Both the position numbers and the translations under genes were made by a program. Below the pieces are notes generated by a model, which saw only the letters and a list, made by a program, of their open reading frames with translations, did no database searches and had not been told where the DNA came from. From Dehalococcoidia bacterium (lineage in GTDB: Bacteria > Chloroflexota > Dehalococcoidia > UBA2979), in NCBI GenBank assembly GCA_965262725.1, contig OZ253555.1, positions 2,976,001 to 3,040,000 of the forward strand: a stretch of 64,000 nucleotides of DNA. The letters are read 5' to 3'. Each line of letters begins with the position of its first letter. Position 1 is the stretch's first letter. Positions 10,044 to 20,101 of the stretch are shown here, in pieces.

Positions 10044-10589
10044 TTGGAGGGGGACGTCACCGTCGACGCCGCGCTGATCGCCCTCGTTGTTGCCCTCAAG
10101 TACCTGCTGCCGCTCCTGCTGATCCCCTTCCCCTTCCTCGCGGGCTGGGGGAACTTCGTCCTCGACAGCGTGGACGGCGACATCCTGATCCCGCTCGGCC
10201 TGGCCGAGGGGATCTACCAGGACGTCGACAAGTCGGCCGACTACGTCACCTACATCTGCATGGTGATCGCCGCGTGGCGCTGGCCGCTGCGGCGCGTGGT
10301 CATCGCCCTCTTCGCGCTCCGCACCGTCGGACAGGCGCTCTTCTTCATCACCGACGATGAGATCGTCTTCTTCCTCTTCCCGAACTTCCTCGAACCGCTC
10401 TTCCTCGCGTACGCGAGCATCGCGTTCGTGAAGCGGTCGGAGGCACCGGCGTTCTTCGCCCGGCACGCGATCGTGATCTGGCTCGTCGTCGTCGTCTACA
10501 AGCTGCAGGACGAGTACGTCACCCATGTCGGGAACATCGATCGGACGGATCTGGTCGGGGAGCTCGTCGGTCGCCTCCTGGGCGGCTGA
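10044..10589 (+). CDS. Membrane protein with CDP-alcohol phosphotransferase-like acidic motif
   Basis: Hydrophobic, GC3-biased codons; LDSVDGD...YQDVDKSADY; start uncertain. Confidence 0.55.
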   Translation: MEGDVTVDAALIALVVALKYLLPLLLIPFPFLAGWGNFVLDSVDGDILIPLGLAEGIYQDVDKSADYVTYICMVIAAWRWPLRRVVIALFALRTVGQALFFITDDEIVFFLFPNFLEPLFLAYASIAFVKRSEAPAFFARHAIVIWLVVVVYKLQDEYVTHVGNIDRTDLVGELVGRLLGG

Positions 10590-10759
10590 GCGCCGCGACC
10601 CGCGCGGAGATCGCCGACGGCGGCGACGTGAGGCGAGATGTGTCGTCTCGCACGTAACGCATATGCACTCGATCATATGATGATGGCGCAGCAGGCCCCG
10701 AGGACTATGCCTCTCGATGCAACGCGGCCGATCCGGGGCGCGGGAACGGCGCGGCCGGC

Positions 10760-12265
10760 GTGATGCGGTGGCTGCTGCTCCCCGCGCTGCTGGTCGCGGC
10801 GATCGCCAGTGCGATCGCCGCCCCGCCGCTACCGGCGGATGCGTCGGATCCGCTCGAGGCCGGGCAACAGGCCGTCGTGAGCGCCGACGGCGACCCCCTG
10901 AACCTGCGCACGGCGCCGACCCTGCGCGCCGACGTCATCAGGCGCCTCCCCGACGGGTCCACCGTCACGGCCGTGGGCGAGCAGCGGCAGGCCGACGGCT
11001 ACGCATGGGAGCAGGTCGACGCCGACGGCGACCGCGGTTGGGTGGCAGCCCTCTACCTGGAGGCCGTGGACGCGGCGAACGACGGCGGTGACCCTCCGAC
11101 GTCGACGGAGGCGTCAGACTCCCTCCAGGCCGGAGAGCAGGCCGTCGTCAGGGCCGACGGCGACTGCCTCGCGATGCGCACGGAGCCGGCCCTGAGCGCC
11201 GCCAGTGTCAGCTGCCTCGCCGAGGGGACGACCGTCACGGCCCTCGGCGAGCAGCGGCAGGCGGACGAGCTCACCTGGGAGCGGGTCGCAGGCGACGGGC
11301 GTCAGGGCTGGGTGGCCGCCCTCTACCTGAAGGCGGTGGACGGGGAGGACAACGGAGACACGACGGCTCCCACAACCGGAGCCCGACTCCTGCCGGTTCC
11401 ACCCCGCGGAGGGCTGACCCTCGGCATCGCCGACACGTCCGATGTGGAGGCCCTGATCGCCGCGCAGACCTTCAGGGTCTCAAGCGTCTGGCTCTACCGC
11501 ATTGCGACGCAGGACTACCTGCGGTACATCCCCAACGCTCCCGCGATGGTGAACACGCTCGATTCCTCTTCGCTCACGCCGGAGAGCATCGTCATGCTGA
11601 GGCGGAGCGGCGAGCGGGCCGACCAGAGCGTCGAGCGTCCTGCGGCGCCCGACGAGGCGGTCCGCGGCACGCCAAATGTGCTGCCCTCGCCACCGTCCGA
11701 GGGACTGACGGTGGGCATCTCCGGCACGAACGACCCGGTCGCCCTCGCCGACGCGCAGCCCTTCGAGGTGCGCATGGTCGCGTTCCTGCACGTGCCCACC
11801 CAGCTGCAGCTCGTGTACATCCCCGGCGCACCGGCCTTCGTGCAGTCGCTCGCGCGCGGCGTGCTCGAGCCCGACTCGGTGGTCTGGATGCGAGCGGGAA
11901 GCGTCCCGCCGGCCCCCGGGTCAACGCCGCCGACGAGCGGAACGGTCGTCGACGCCACGTTCAGCTACTTCTACTGCAACCAGGGGACGATCGAGGCCGG
12001 CATCGGCGACGGCGGCGGCTGGTGCGGCGCTATGGCGAACGGCCAGATCGTCTACGCGGGAGCCGCAGCCTGCGCGCGGGAAAACCTCGGGCAGCGCTTC
12101 CGCATCCTCGGCGACCCGCTGGATCGGACCTACACCTGCGCCGACACCGGCAGCGCCGTACACGGCAACCACCGCGACATCTGGTTCGACAACAGCGACG
12201 ACGGGCTCAACTGGGTCCGGCAGGTGGGCGAGAGCGGCCGCATCGAGATCCTCCCCGAGGAGTAG
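10760..12265 (+). CDS. Secreted protein: two bacterial SH3 domains, two further repeats, C-terminal 3D/RlpA-like domain
   Basis: Signal peptide; two LNLRTAP/LAMRTEP...GWVAALYL repeats; C-terminal CADTGSAVHGNHRDIWF. Confidence 0.75.
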   Translation: MMRWLLLPALLVAAIASAIAAPPLPADASDPLEAGQQAVVSADGDPLNLRTAPTLRADVIRRLPDGSTVTAVGEQRQADGYAWEQVDADGDRGWVAALYLEAVDAANDGGDPPTSTEASDSLQAGEQAVVRADGDCLAMRTEPALSAASVSCLAEGTTVTALGEQRQADELTWERVAGDGRQGWVAALYLKAVDGEDNGDTTAPTTGARLLPVPPRGGLTLGIADTSDVEALIAAQTFRVSSVWLYRIATQDYLRYIPNAPAMVNTLDSSSLTPESIVMLRRSGERADQSVERPAAPDEAVRGTPNVLPSPPSEGLTVGISGTNDPVALADAQPFEVRMVAFLHVPTQLQLVYIPGAPAFVQSLARGVLEPDSVVWMRAGSVPPAPGSTPPTSGTVVDATFSYFYCNQGTIEAGIGDGGGWCGAMANGQIVYAGAAACARENLGQRFRILGDPLDRTYTCADTGSAVHGNHRDIWFDNSDDGLNWVRQVGESGRIEILPEE

Positions 12266-12588
12266 CGGCCGAGGAGCAGCGCGGCCCCGGGCCCGCCCGG
12301 CCGCCGGCTACTCGAGGACTCGGAGCGTCCCCGGGATGTCCATCCTCCGCAGCCTGCGCACGGTGAGGGGTGGGGGCGAGGCTCACCACGGCGCTACCGC
12401 CGCCAGCAGCGCGGCCATCGGCGGCGCGTCGATGGAGAGGATGACACCCATGTCGGGGTAATTCTCCGAATCGCTCCGGCCGATGACGGCTCGCCGCGAC
12501 ATCGGCCGACGCCCCGCCCGCGGGTGCAGCGCACGCGCGGCGGGGGAGAGGCGGAATCACGAGCGCGCCGGAGGGGAAGTCCGCGCGG

Positions 12589-13053
12589 TCAGAGCCGGGG
12601 CGGGTTGCGCGAGTAGGTGATCTCCATCGGGCTCTGCGTCAGCGTCCGCCGCCGTCCGTCGTCGAAGTCATCGATCTCCACGCGCAGCCAGTGCACGCCC
12701 TCGAGCTCGATGCGTATGCGGGCCCGGAGCACGATGCGCTGGCCCCTGTGCGGGGCCTCCCACGTGACGTCGTACTTCCCCAGCTCCTGGACATCCCCGC
12801 TCGGCTTCTCCAGCGAGAGGTGCACGGTCGAGCGGCCCAGCGCGTCGCCGGCCACCATCCCGACGACGATGCCGAACTCGTGGTCGAACGGCTCGAGCGC
12901 CCCCGGCGCGTCCGGCCGCACGACGTGGTGGGCGACCCGGTCGACGGCCCGGACGTAGGTGAAGACGCCGTCCTTCCCCTCGATGGCGGCGTCGCAGAAG
13001 AACGCCTCGCGCACCCACGGTCCGCCGCGTCGTGATCCTCCCGAGGTCACCAC
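12589..13053 (-). CDS. Conserved hypothetical beta-rich protein (DUF6941-like)
   Basis: GGAGG then GTG; AFFCDAAIEGKDGVFTYVRAVDR pattern; typical codon bias. Confidence 0.6.
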   Translation of the reverse strand: MVTSGGSRRGGPWVREAFFCDAAIEGKDGVFTYVRAVDRVAHHVVRPDAPGALEPFDHEFGIVVGMVAGDALGRSTVHLSLEKPSGDVQELGKYDVTWEAPHRGQRIVLRARIRIELEGVHWLRVEIDDFDDGRRRTLTQSPMEITYSRNPPRL

Positions 13054-13130
13054 CCGCCTCCTCCGCCCGGCCGCGATGCTACACCGGCGCCGCGGTGCGG
13101 GGGCGGCGCGACGGAACCAGGCGCGGGCGA

Positions 13131-14564
13131 TCAGCCGATGCGGACGGCGGCCTCCGGGTAGCGCAGGAGGTTCTCCGAGCGGTCCGGCACCGAGAGCGCG
13201 ACCAGGAGCGACCCGAGCCGCCCGAGGAACATCAGCGCCACCACCACGAGAGCGCCCCCCTCGGAGAGCCCGGCCGTGACGCCCTGCGACCAGCCGACGT
13301 TCGCGAGCGCGGACATCGCCTCGAAGAGCAGCCTCAGGAACGCGACGTCGTTCTCGGTCAGCGCCAGGAGCCACGTCCCGGCGGCGTGCGTCGCGAAGGC
13401 GATCATCGTGATGGCGATGGCCCGTGAGACGATCGCGGGCGGGATCTCGCGGCCGAAGGCCCGCGGCCGATCGTGGCCGCGCACCGTCGAGAGGACGACG
13501 ACCACGCTCACCATGAACGAACCGACCTTGATGCCGCCGGCAGCCGATGTCGACGCGCCGCCGATGAACATCAGCACCAGGAGCGCCGCCGTTGTCGAGT
13601 CCTGCAGCGCCGACATGTCGACGGTGGCCATCCCGGTCGTGCGGTTCACCGAGAGGAAGAAGGCGTTGGCGAGCGCCGACACCACGCCCTGACCCTCCAG
13701 CACGCGGCCCGGGGCGAGCTCGCCTGCGAGCAGGACAACCATCCCCACGAGCAAGAGCCCGCCCATCCCGTAGGCGACCAGCCTGGTGTCGAGCGACCAG
13801 CGGCCGGGGGCGCGCCTCAGGTTGAGGACGGTGATGAAGGAGAGGCTCCCGACGAACGCCGAGATGCCCATCACGACGAGCAGGTAGCCGCTTTCGGCGT
13901 GCGCCGCCATGCTCCGCCCGCCGCCCATCAGGTCGAACCCCGCGTTGTTGAAGGCCGAGATCGCGTGGAAGGCCGCCCGCCAGACGCCCTCCCGCAGGCC
14001 GTCCTCGGCGAGAAACCACGGGAGCAGCAGGAGGAACGTCGCCCCCTCGACGACGATCACGAAGCGCATCACGCGGCGCAGGAGCACGCGGACATCGTGC
14101 ACGGCGACATCCTCGAGCTCGATGCCGAAGAACTGCCGCTCGCTCAGCCCGAAGCGGCGGCCGAGCACGAGCAGGAGCGCGCCAGCGTACATCGTGACAC
14201 CGAGCCCGCCCGCCTGGATCAGGAGCGCGATGACCACCTCGCCGAAGGCGCTCCAGTGGTCGGCCGTGTCGACGCGCACGAGGCCGGTCACGCAGATCGC
14301 GGAGGCGGAGGTGAAGAGCGCGACGGAGCCCCTCGTCCACTCGCCCGACTCGGTCGCGAACGGGAGCGAGAGGAGCCCGGCACCTAGCAGGATCGCCGCC
14401 GCGAACGCCGCCGGCACCATCCACAGCCGCAGACGCATCGGCCGCCGTCTGCGCACGACGACGTCGATGATCGCCGTGCGGCGCCGCCCGCGGCGCACGC
14501 GGACATCGCCGGGACGCTGGCCGACCCTCCGCACCGCGCCTCCCCTCGGCACCGCCTCCGCCAC
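13131..14564 (-). CDS. trkH: TrkH/KtrB potassium uptake membrane subunit
   Basis: FTSASAICVTGL, SAFNNAGF, RTTGM, MFIGGASTSAAGGIKV, SALANVG; start uncertain (14564 to 14438). Confidence 0.85.
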   Translation of the reverse strand: MAEAVPRGGAVRRVGQRPGDVRVRRGRRRTAIIDVVVRRRRPMRLRLWMVPAAFAAAILLGAGLLSLPFATESGEWTRGSVALFTSASAICVTGLVRVDTADHWSAFGEVVIALLIQAGGLGVTMYAGALLLVLGRRFGLSERQFFGIELEDVAVHDVRVLLRRVMRFVIVVEGATFLLLLPWFLAEDGLREGVWRAAFHAISAFNNAGFDLMGGGRSMAAHAESGYLLVVMGISAFVGSLSFITVLNLRRAPGRWSLDTRLVAYGMGGLLLVGMVVLLAGELAPGRVLEGQGVVSALANAFFLSVNRTTGMATVDMSALQDSTTAALLVLMFIGGASTSAAGGIKVGSFMVSVVVVLSTVRGHDRPRAFGREIPPAIVSRAIAITMIAFATHAAGTWLLALTENDVAFLRLLFEAMSALANVGWSQGVTAGLSEGGALVVVALMFLGRLGSLLVALSVPDRSENLLRYPEAAVRIG

Positions 14565-14624
14565 TCTACCGTCGCCAATCCCCGGGGACGACGCGGAGGC
14601 TCACGCTCGCCGCCGGGGCCGACC

Positions 14625-15461
14625 TCAGGCCCGGGTCCCACCCTCCCCCTCCGGGCCGCGACCCCGCGTGCGCCCGGCGCGGATCGAGCGCGAGTCCTGC
14701 GGCATCGCCAGGGAGACGACCGAGGAGCGGCCGACCTGGCCGCGCCGGTCGAAGAGCGCGCACTCGGCCGTCGCGATCCCCTCGGCGCTGCCGCGGGCCG
14801 CGACCTGCATGCAGAGCCACTCGCCCTCGGGCGGGCGGTGCAGGTAGAGCGTGACGTCGCCGTTGATGAAGAAGAGCCCGCGGTCGCTGCGGTTGGCGCT
14901 GGGGTTGGTCATGTCGGCGGCGGCCGCGGTGCGCTCGAGCGGCGAGACGGCCTCCCCGGAGAGAAGCGGCAGCAGCATCCGCACCCAGCGCGTCGCCGGC
15001 TCGCCGGGGGAGGGAGCGGGAAGCGAGCGCCGCTCCCACGAGCCCTCGAGCAACGGAAAGGTCTCCGGGTCGAGCGGAACGATCTCGGGCGGCGGGGGAG
15101 GCGGGGCCGGTACCTCGGCGATGCGGCCCGGGGGCTCTTCGCTCGGGCGCAGCAGGAGGGCCGAGGCGCGGCTGACGACTCGCCCCTCGTGCTCGAGCCA
15201 GGCGTCGAGCGCGTGGAGCCGCCTGCCGGCGCGGACGACCTTCGTGCGCACCGAGAGCGGCGCCCACGGCACGGCCCGGAAGAGGTCGACGGTGAGCCGC
15301 GCGACGTGGAAGTCCGGGGGTCGCTCCCGCTCCACGCCGTGCGCGAGGAGCGCCGCGATCATCGATCCGGAGAGCTGCCCCTCGTCCCACGGGCCGTGCG
15401 AGCGATCCGTGGGACGGTAGCGATCACCCTCCCTGACGAAGAACGACGCGGCGCCGTCCAT
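14625..15461 (-). CDS. Acyl-CoA thioesterase-like (double hotdog) protein
   Basis: GPWD..QLSG, RLTVDLFR, FINGDVTLYLHRPPEGEW. Confidence 0.8.
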   Translation of the reverse strand: MDGAASFFVREGDRYRPTDRSHGPWDEGQLSGSMIAALLAHGVERERPPDFHVARLTVDLFRAVPWAPLSVRTKVVRAGRRLHALDAWLEHEGRVVSRASALLLRPSEEPPGRIAEVPAPPPPPPEIVPLDPETFPLLEGSWERRSLPAPSPGEPATRWVRMLLPLLSGEAVSPLERTAAAADMTNPSANRSDRGLFFINGDVTLYLHRPPEGEWLCMQVAARGSAEGIATAECALFDRRGQVGRSSVVSLAMPQDSRSIRAGRTRGRGPEGEGGTRA

Positions 15462-15628
15462 GGACCCCCGGATCCCGCGGGCGGCCGCGCTGAGGTCCGC
15501 CCGGGAGAACCGTCGCAGAGCACGTCCGTGGGGGCAACGGCTGAGACCGCGCCCCGCAGGAGACTCGTGTAGAGTCGGCCCGCCGGAGGCGGCCGGCTGG
15601 CGGCGCCCGCCGGGACAGGGAGGCGGGC

Positions 15629-16534
15629 GTGCGGGTCGCGCTCTTCGGGCAGGCGGCGTTCGGGCGCGACGTGCTCGGCGCGCTGCGCGAGGCGGGGGAG
15701 CGGGTGGTCGGCGTCTCGGCGCCGGTAGCCGTAGGCGGCGCCTCCGATCCGCTCGGCGAGGCCGCCTCCGAGGCCGGCATCCCCGTCCTCGACACGCGCT
15801 CCCTGCGCCATCCGGAGCCGCTTGCGGCGCTCCGCGCCTGGGAACCGGATCTGCTGGTCTTCGCCTTCGTCACGGAGATTGTGCGGCCCGACGTGCTCGC
15901 CGTCCCGCGCCGCGGGACGATCCAGTACCACCCCTCGCTGCTCCCGCGTCACCGCGGGCGCTCGGCGATGAACTGGGCGATCGCCGCGGGCGAGACGGTC
16001 ACCGGGCTCACCATCTTCTGGGTGGACGAGGGCGTGGACACCGGGCCGATCCTGCTTGCGCGGGAGGTCCCCATCGGCCGCGACGACACCGTCGGATCCC
16101 TCTACTTCGAGCGCCTCTACCCGATGGGGGTCGAGGCGCTGGTGGAGGCGGGGGCGGCGCCCCGCACCCCGCAGGAGGAGGTGCTTGCGACCTACGAGCC
16201 GGCGATGGGGCCCCGGCACGCCGCCGTCGACTGGTCAAGGGCCGCGCGTCCCCTCTACGACCACATTCGCGGCTGCGACCCGCAGCCGGGTGCGAGCGCC
16301 CTGCTCGGCGAGAGCGAGATCCGCCTCTTCGACGCGGCGCTGCGCCCTGCCTCAGACCGCACCCCGCCCGGCACGGTGCTCGCGCACACGGATGCGGGCG
16401 CGGTCGAGGTGGCCGTGATCGGAGGCGTGCTCACGGTCGAGCGCGTGCAGCGCGCCGGCGAGCGCAAGCGCCCCGCCGCGGAGCTGCTCGCACCCGGCGA
16501 TCGCCTCGCCCGGGCGGAGACGCCCAGGTCGTAG
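15629..16534 (+). CDS. Formyltransferase family protein (Fmt/10-formyl-THF hydrolase-like)
   Basis: GQAAFG, YHPSLLPRHRG..MNWAI, DEGVDTGPIL, IRGCDPQPGA. Confidence 0.8.
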   Translation: MRVALFGQAAFGRDVLGALREAGERVVGVSAPVAVGGASDPLGEAASEAGIPVLDTRSLRHPEPLAALRAWEPDLLVFAFVTEIVRPDVLAVPRRGTIQYHPSLLPRHRGRSAMNWAIAAGETVTGLTIFWVDEGVDTGPILLAREVPIGRDDTVGSLYFERLYPMGVEALVEAGAAPRTPQEEVLATYEPAMGPRHAAVDWSRAARPLYDHIRGCDPQPGASALLGESEIRLFDAALRPASDRTPPGTVLAHTDAGAVEVAVIGGVLTVERVQRAGERKRPAAELLAPGDRLARAETPRS

Positions 16535-16567
16535 CTCCCGACCCGGAGCGGTGAGAGCGCGCGCGGC

Positions 16568-17428
16568 CTAGAGCGGCGCGCCCTGGATGTTCGGCCCGCC
16601 GATCTCCATGAAGACGCCGTGCGTGGAGAGCGGGTGCACGAAGAAGCGCCCGCCCGGATCGCCCGTCGGGATGATGCGGCCGCCCTCCGCCTGCACGCGC
16701 TCGGCGAGCGCGTGCGGATCGCTCGCCCCCCAGATCGACATGAAGACGCCCTCGCCGTGGGGGTTCTGCTCGTCGCGGTTGCGCGCCATGTGGCGCTCGA
16801 CGGTGCCCGGCCCGGGCTTCGGCTGGATGATAGTCAGCCACTGCCGCCCGTCTATGCCCCAGGGCGAGGCGATGAAGTTGCCGTCCTCGCTCTCCCAGCG
16901 CGGCGACGTCGAGCCCATCCCGAAGAGGCGAGCGTAGGTCGCCTCAGCCGCGTCGACATCGTGCACCGCGATCCCCATGTGCGAGAGGCGCAGCGGGCGC
17001 TCGCCCTCCGCAGCGGGGCGGGAGGGCTGCACCTCCCACAGCACGCAGTGCGTGGAGAGCGGGTGCACCAGGAACATGCCGCCGGGCTCATTGGAGGGGA
17101 CGGTGCGCCCACCTGCCCCCTCGATCCCCTTCGCCACGGCCGGCGGGTCGTCCGCCTGGCAGACGACGAGCTGCACGCCCTCCCCGTGCGGATTCCGCTC
17201 GTTCGCGCGGAGCTTCATCATCCGCATGAGGTTGGTGTCGTCTCGCGTCGGCGCCATCAGGAGCAGGGTCCGCTCGCCCGCATAGCCGAGCTCCGCCGAG
17301 GCGAAGCCGCCCCACTCCTGCTCGCCACGACCCTGATCCTGTAGCCCGAAGAGCCGCCCGTAGGTCTCGACGGCCTCATCGAGGTCGTGAACCGCGACCG
17401 CGTAGTGGGAAAGCATGAAGCGCGGCAC
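16568..17428 (-). CDS. VOC family protein, two tandem methylmalonyl-CoA-epimerase-like modules
   Basis: Duplicated LSH(Y/M)..AVHD...NPHGEGV...VHPLSTH.V..E. Confidence 0.75.
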   Translation of the reverse strand: MPRFMLSHYAVAVHDLDEAVETYGRLFGLQDQGRGEQEWGGFASAELGYAGERTLLLMAPTRDDTNLMRMMKLRANERNPHGEGVQLVVCQADDPPAVAKGIEGAGGRTVPSNEPGGMFLVHPLSTHCVLWEVQPSRPAAEGERPLRLSHMGIAVHDVDAAEATYARLFGMGSTSPRWESEDGNFIASPWGIDGRQWLTIIQPKPGPGTVERHMARNRDEQNPHGEGVFMSIWGASDPHALAERVQAEGGRIIPTGDPGGRFFVHPLSTHGVFMEIGGPNIQGAPL

Positions 17429-17618
17429 GCTGGACCCCTCTCGCGGCGGACGCCCACCGGCGCCCCCGCCCCCGCCCCCGCCGCCACATCCTGAGGCGGC
17501 CGACTGCCCTTATAGCAAAGTGGCGTGGCTTCCGTCGCGCGCCGGAGCGCCCTCCCGGATGAGGCCCCGACTCGCCCCGCTGGTCCGGCGCCGCCTGCGG
17601 CCGAGTATCCCGGGAGGC

Positions 17619-18902
17619 TCAGTGCTTCCCGGGGACGCCGGGGATCCCGGACGGTGGCCGCGAGGGATGGGCGGAGCCCTCGGTCACGTGCGGACGGGCG
17701 GCCTCCGCGCGAAACGCGCCCGGCCACACGTAGGCCAGGGCGAGCCCGGCGAGGGTGACCAGAGCCGAGAGGTAGAAGACGGCTCCGATGCCCCACCACT
17801 CGGCGACGGCACCGGAGAGGGCCGGCCCCGCGAACATGCCGACCGAGTAGGTCGCCTGGTAGACCCCCATCGCCGTCGCCATCTCGGTCCGCGGCGCGGC
17901 GCGCAGGGCGAGGCTCATGAGCAGGGTTGTCAGGATCCCACGCCCGACTCCGGCGGGGATCTGGAGCACCGCGATGAGCTCCCAGGAGGCGGTCGCCGGC
18001 AGCGCCGCGAGCGCGGCCGCGCTCGCGACCGACGCCGCGAGCAGGGTGCCGCGCACGCCGATGCGATCAACGAGGACGGGCGTGAGTAGCACGCCGGGGA
18101 GGGCCGCACCCACCGCCGCCGTCGCCACCCAGCCGACCTCGACCGTCCTCGCGCCGCGCTCCTCGGCCAGCAGCGGAAGGAAGCCGAAGGTCGTGGCGAA
18201 CGTGACGAAGATGAGCGAGATGGCGGCGAGCGAGACGACCCAGAGATCCGTTCGCCTGACCACGCGCGCAAAGGTCGCCGCCGAGTAGCGCGCGCGGGCG
18301 ACAGGCGGTTCGGGCGCGGCCGCCAGCAGCGCCATGCCGACGGCCGCCACGCAGGCCGCCGTCAGGAAGCTCGTGCGCACGTCCCAGAGATCGGCGATCG
18401 TCGCGCCGATCGGGGTCGCAATCAGGATGCCGACCGTGTTCGCCCCCATCATCGCCGAGGTGGCGCGCGTCGCGCGCTCCGGCGGGTAGTAGGCCGCGTA
18501 GAGCACGCTGATCACCACCCAGCCGGCTGCCGCGAGCCCCGTCAACGAGCGCGCCCAGAAGAGAGCCCACGGGTCGGACGCGACCGCGAGCCAGAGCGCC
18601 GCCACGCCCGAGAGCGCGAGGCTCGCCAGCGCGAGCGGCCGCCGGCGTCCGATCAGGTCCGCGGAGACGCCGATCGGGATGCGGAGCAGAAGCTGCGCGA
18701 TGGCGTAGGAGGCGACGATCGCGCCGACCATCGAGAGTGAGGCCCCGAGATCCGCAGCGTGCAGCGGGAGCACCGGCACGTAGAGGTAGAGGGATATCCA
18801 GAAGCAGGCGATCGCCGCCGTCGCGAGCGGCAGCGCCCGCGCCGGCGGCGCGGCGGGCGCAGAGGGATCGAGGGCGGAGGAGGGGCCGGCCGCGGCGCTC
18901 AT
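17619..18902 (-). CDS. MFS transporter
   Basis: About 12 hydrophobic segments; motif A (GVSADLIGRR, LVDRIGVR). Confidence 0.85.
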   Translation of the reverse strand: MSAAAGPSSALDPSAPAAPPARALPLATAAIACFWISLYLYVPVLPLHAADLGASLSMVGAIVASYAIAQLLLRIPIGVSADLIGRRRPLALASLALSGVAALWLAVASDPWALFWARSLTGLAAAGWVVISVLYAAYYPPERATRATSAMMGANTVGILIATPIGATIADLWDVRTSFLTAACVAAVGMALLAAAPEPPVARARYSAATFARVVRRTDLWVVSLAAISLIFVTFATTFGFLPLLAEERGARTVEVGWVATAAVGAALPGVLLTPVLVDRIGVRGTLLAASVASAAALAALPATASWELIAVLQIPAGVGRGILTTLLMSLALRAAPRTEMATAMGVYQATYSVGMFAGPALSGAVAEWWGIGAVFYLSALVTLAGLALAYVWPGAFRAEAARPHVTEGSAHPSRPPSGIPGVPGKH

Positions 18903-19022
18903 GCGGAAAGCCTACGCGACGCGCCCGTCTCGGACGCTCGCGGATCCGTATGATCGCGCCATGCTGGCCCTCCACACCCGATACCCCGCCCCGCGCCGCG
19001 CCGGCGCGGGGCGGCCACAGCG

Positions 19023-19769
19023 ATGAGCGCACAGCCCCGGGCGAGAGCCACCCCCTCGCTCGCGGACTTCGACGCGACCGCCGCGCTCGACGCGCGCGCC
19101 TACCGCCGGCGCCTCCGCACCGCGCGGCTCGAGCTGCTCGAGCTGCAGAACCGCATGCGAGACGAGCCGTCCTGCGCCCTGGTCGTGGTCTTCGAGGGGA
19201 TCGACGCCGCGGGGAAGGGCGGGGCGATCCGCCGGCTCACCGGCCGCCTCGACCCCCGCGGGCTGCGCGTCTACCCGGTAGGCGCGCCGGGCGGCGAGGA
19301 GGCCCGGCGGCACTACCTCTGGCGCTTCCACGTCCGGATGCCGCCGCCCGGTCGCATCACCATCTTCGACCGCTCCTGGTACGGGCGCGTGCTCGTGGAG
19401 CGGGTGGAGGGGTTCGCCACGCGCGCGGAGTGGGAGCGCGCCTACGACGAGATCTTCGCCTTCGAGCACTCGCACGCGGCTGCCGGCATCGCGATCATCA
19501 AGTTCTGGCTGCAGGTCACGCCGGAGGAGCAGCTGCGCCGCTTCGAGCAGCGAGCCGCCGACCCCTTCAAGAGCTACAAGCTCACCGAGGAGGACTGGCG
19601 CAACCGCGCGCGCTGGGACGACTACCAGGCGGCCGCCGAGGAGATGCTGCGTCGCACGCACTCCGAAGAGGCGCCGTGGCTGCTCGTCTCGGCCAACGAC
19701 AAGTACCACGCCCGCGTGCAGGTGGCGGAGGCCGCCGCCGCCAGGCTGCGCCGACAGCTCGACGGCTAG
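19023..19769 (+). CDS. ppk2: Polyphosphate kinase 2 family protein
   Basis: FEGIDAAGKGG, FDRSWYGRVLVERVEG, KFWLQV, EDWRNR. Confidence 0.9.
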   Translation: MSAQPRARATPSLADFDATAALDARAYRRRLRTARLELLELQNRMRDEPSCALVVVFEGIDAAGKGGAIRRLTGRLDPRGLRVYPVGAPGGEEARRHYLWRFHVRMPPPGRITIFDRSWYGRVLVERVEGFATRAEWERAYDEIFAFEHSHAAAGIAIIKFWLQVTPEEQLRRFEQRAADPFKSYKLTEEDWRNRARWDDYQAAAEEMLRRTHSEEAPWLLVSANDKYHARVQVAEAAAARLRRQLDG

Positions 19770-20101
19770 GGACGACGGAAGCCGAGCGCCCTCTCCAGGT
19801 TGGTGAGGTAGTCGGAGAATGCGCGGCGCCCGGCCTCGGTCGCTTCAACCCACGTGCGCGGCCTCCGGTCTCGGAACTCCTTGGTGATGACGAGAAAGCC
19901 CGCATCCTCGAGCCGGCGCAGGTGGGTGGTCAGGTTCCCGCCGGTGAGATCGAGCGCGTCCTGGATGAAGCCGTAGGCGAGCCGGTCGCCCTCGGTCTGC
20001 GAGACCAGGAGGGTCATGATCCGGAGCCGGGTCGACTGGTGGATGGTCTCGTCGAGGACGATGGCCCGGTCGATTACACAGATCCCCTCGAGTGAATCCA
20101 C
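19766..20101 (-). CDS. Winged-helix (MarR-like) transcriptional regulator
   Basis: IHQSTRLRIMTLL..LTGGNLTTHLRRLEDAG..RPRTW..GRRAF; start uncertain. Confidence 0.8.
   Translation of the reverse strand: MDSLEGICVIDRAIVLDETIHQSTRLRIMTLLVSQTEGDRLAYGFIQDALDLTGGNLTTHLRRLEDAGFLVITKEFRDRRPRTWVEATEAGRRAFSDYLTNLERALGFRRP

Noticed and set aside
12266-12588. Possible short minus-strand peptides (e.g. MGVILSIDAPP.., 22 aa)
   Set aside because: No recognisable motif or continuous coding signal.
17455-17490. CGCCCC-type short repeats
   Set aside because: Low-complexity GC tract without further support.
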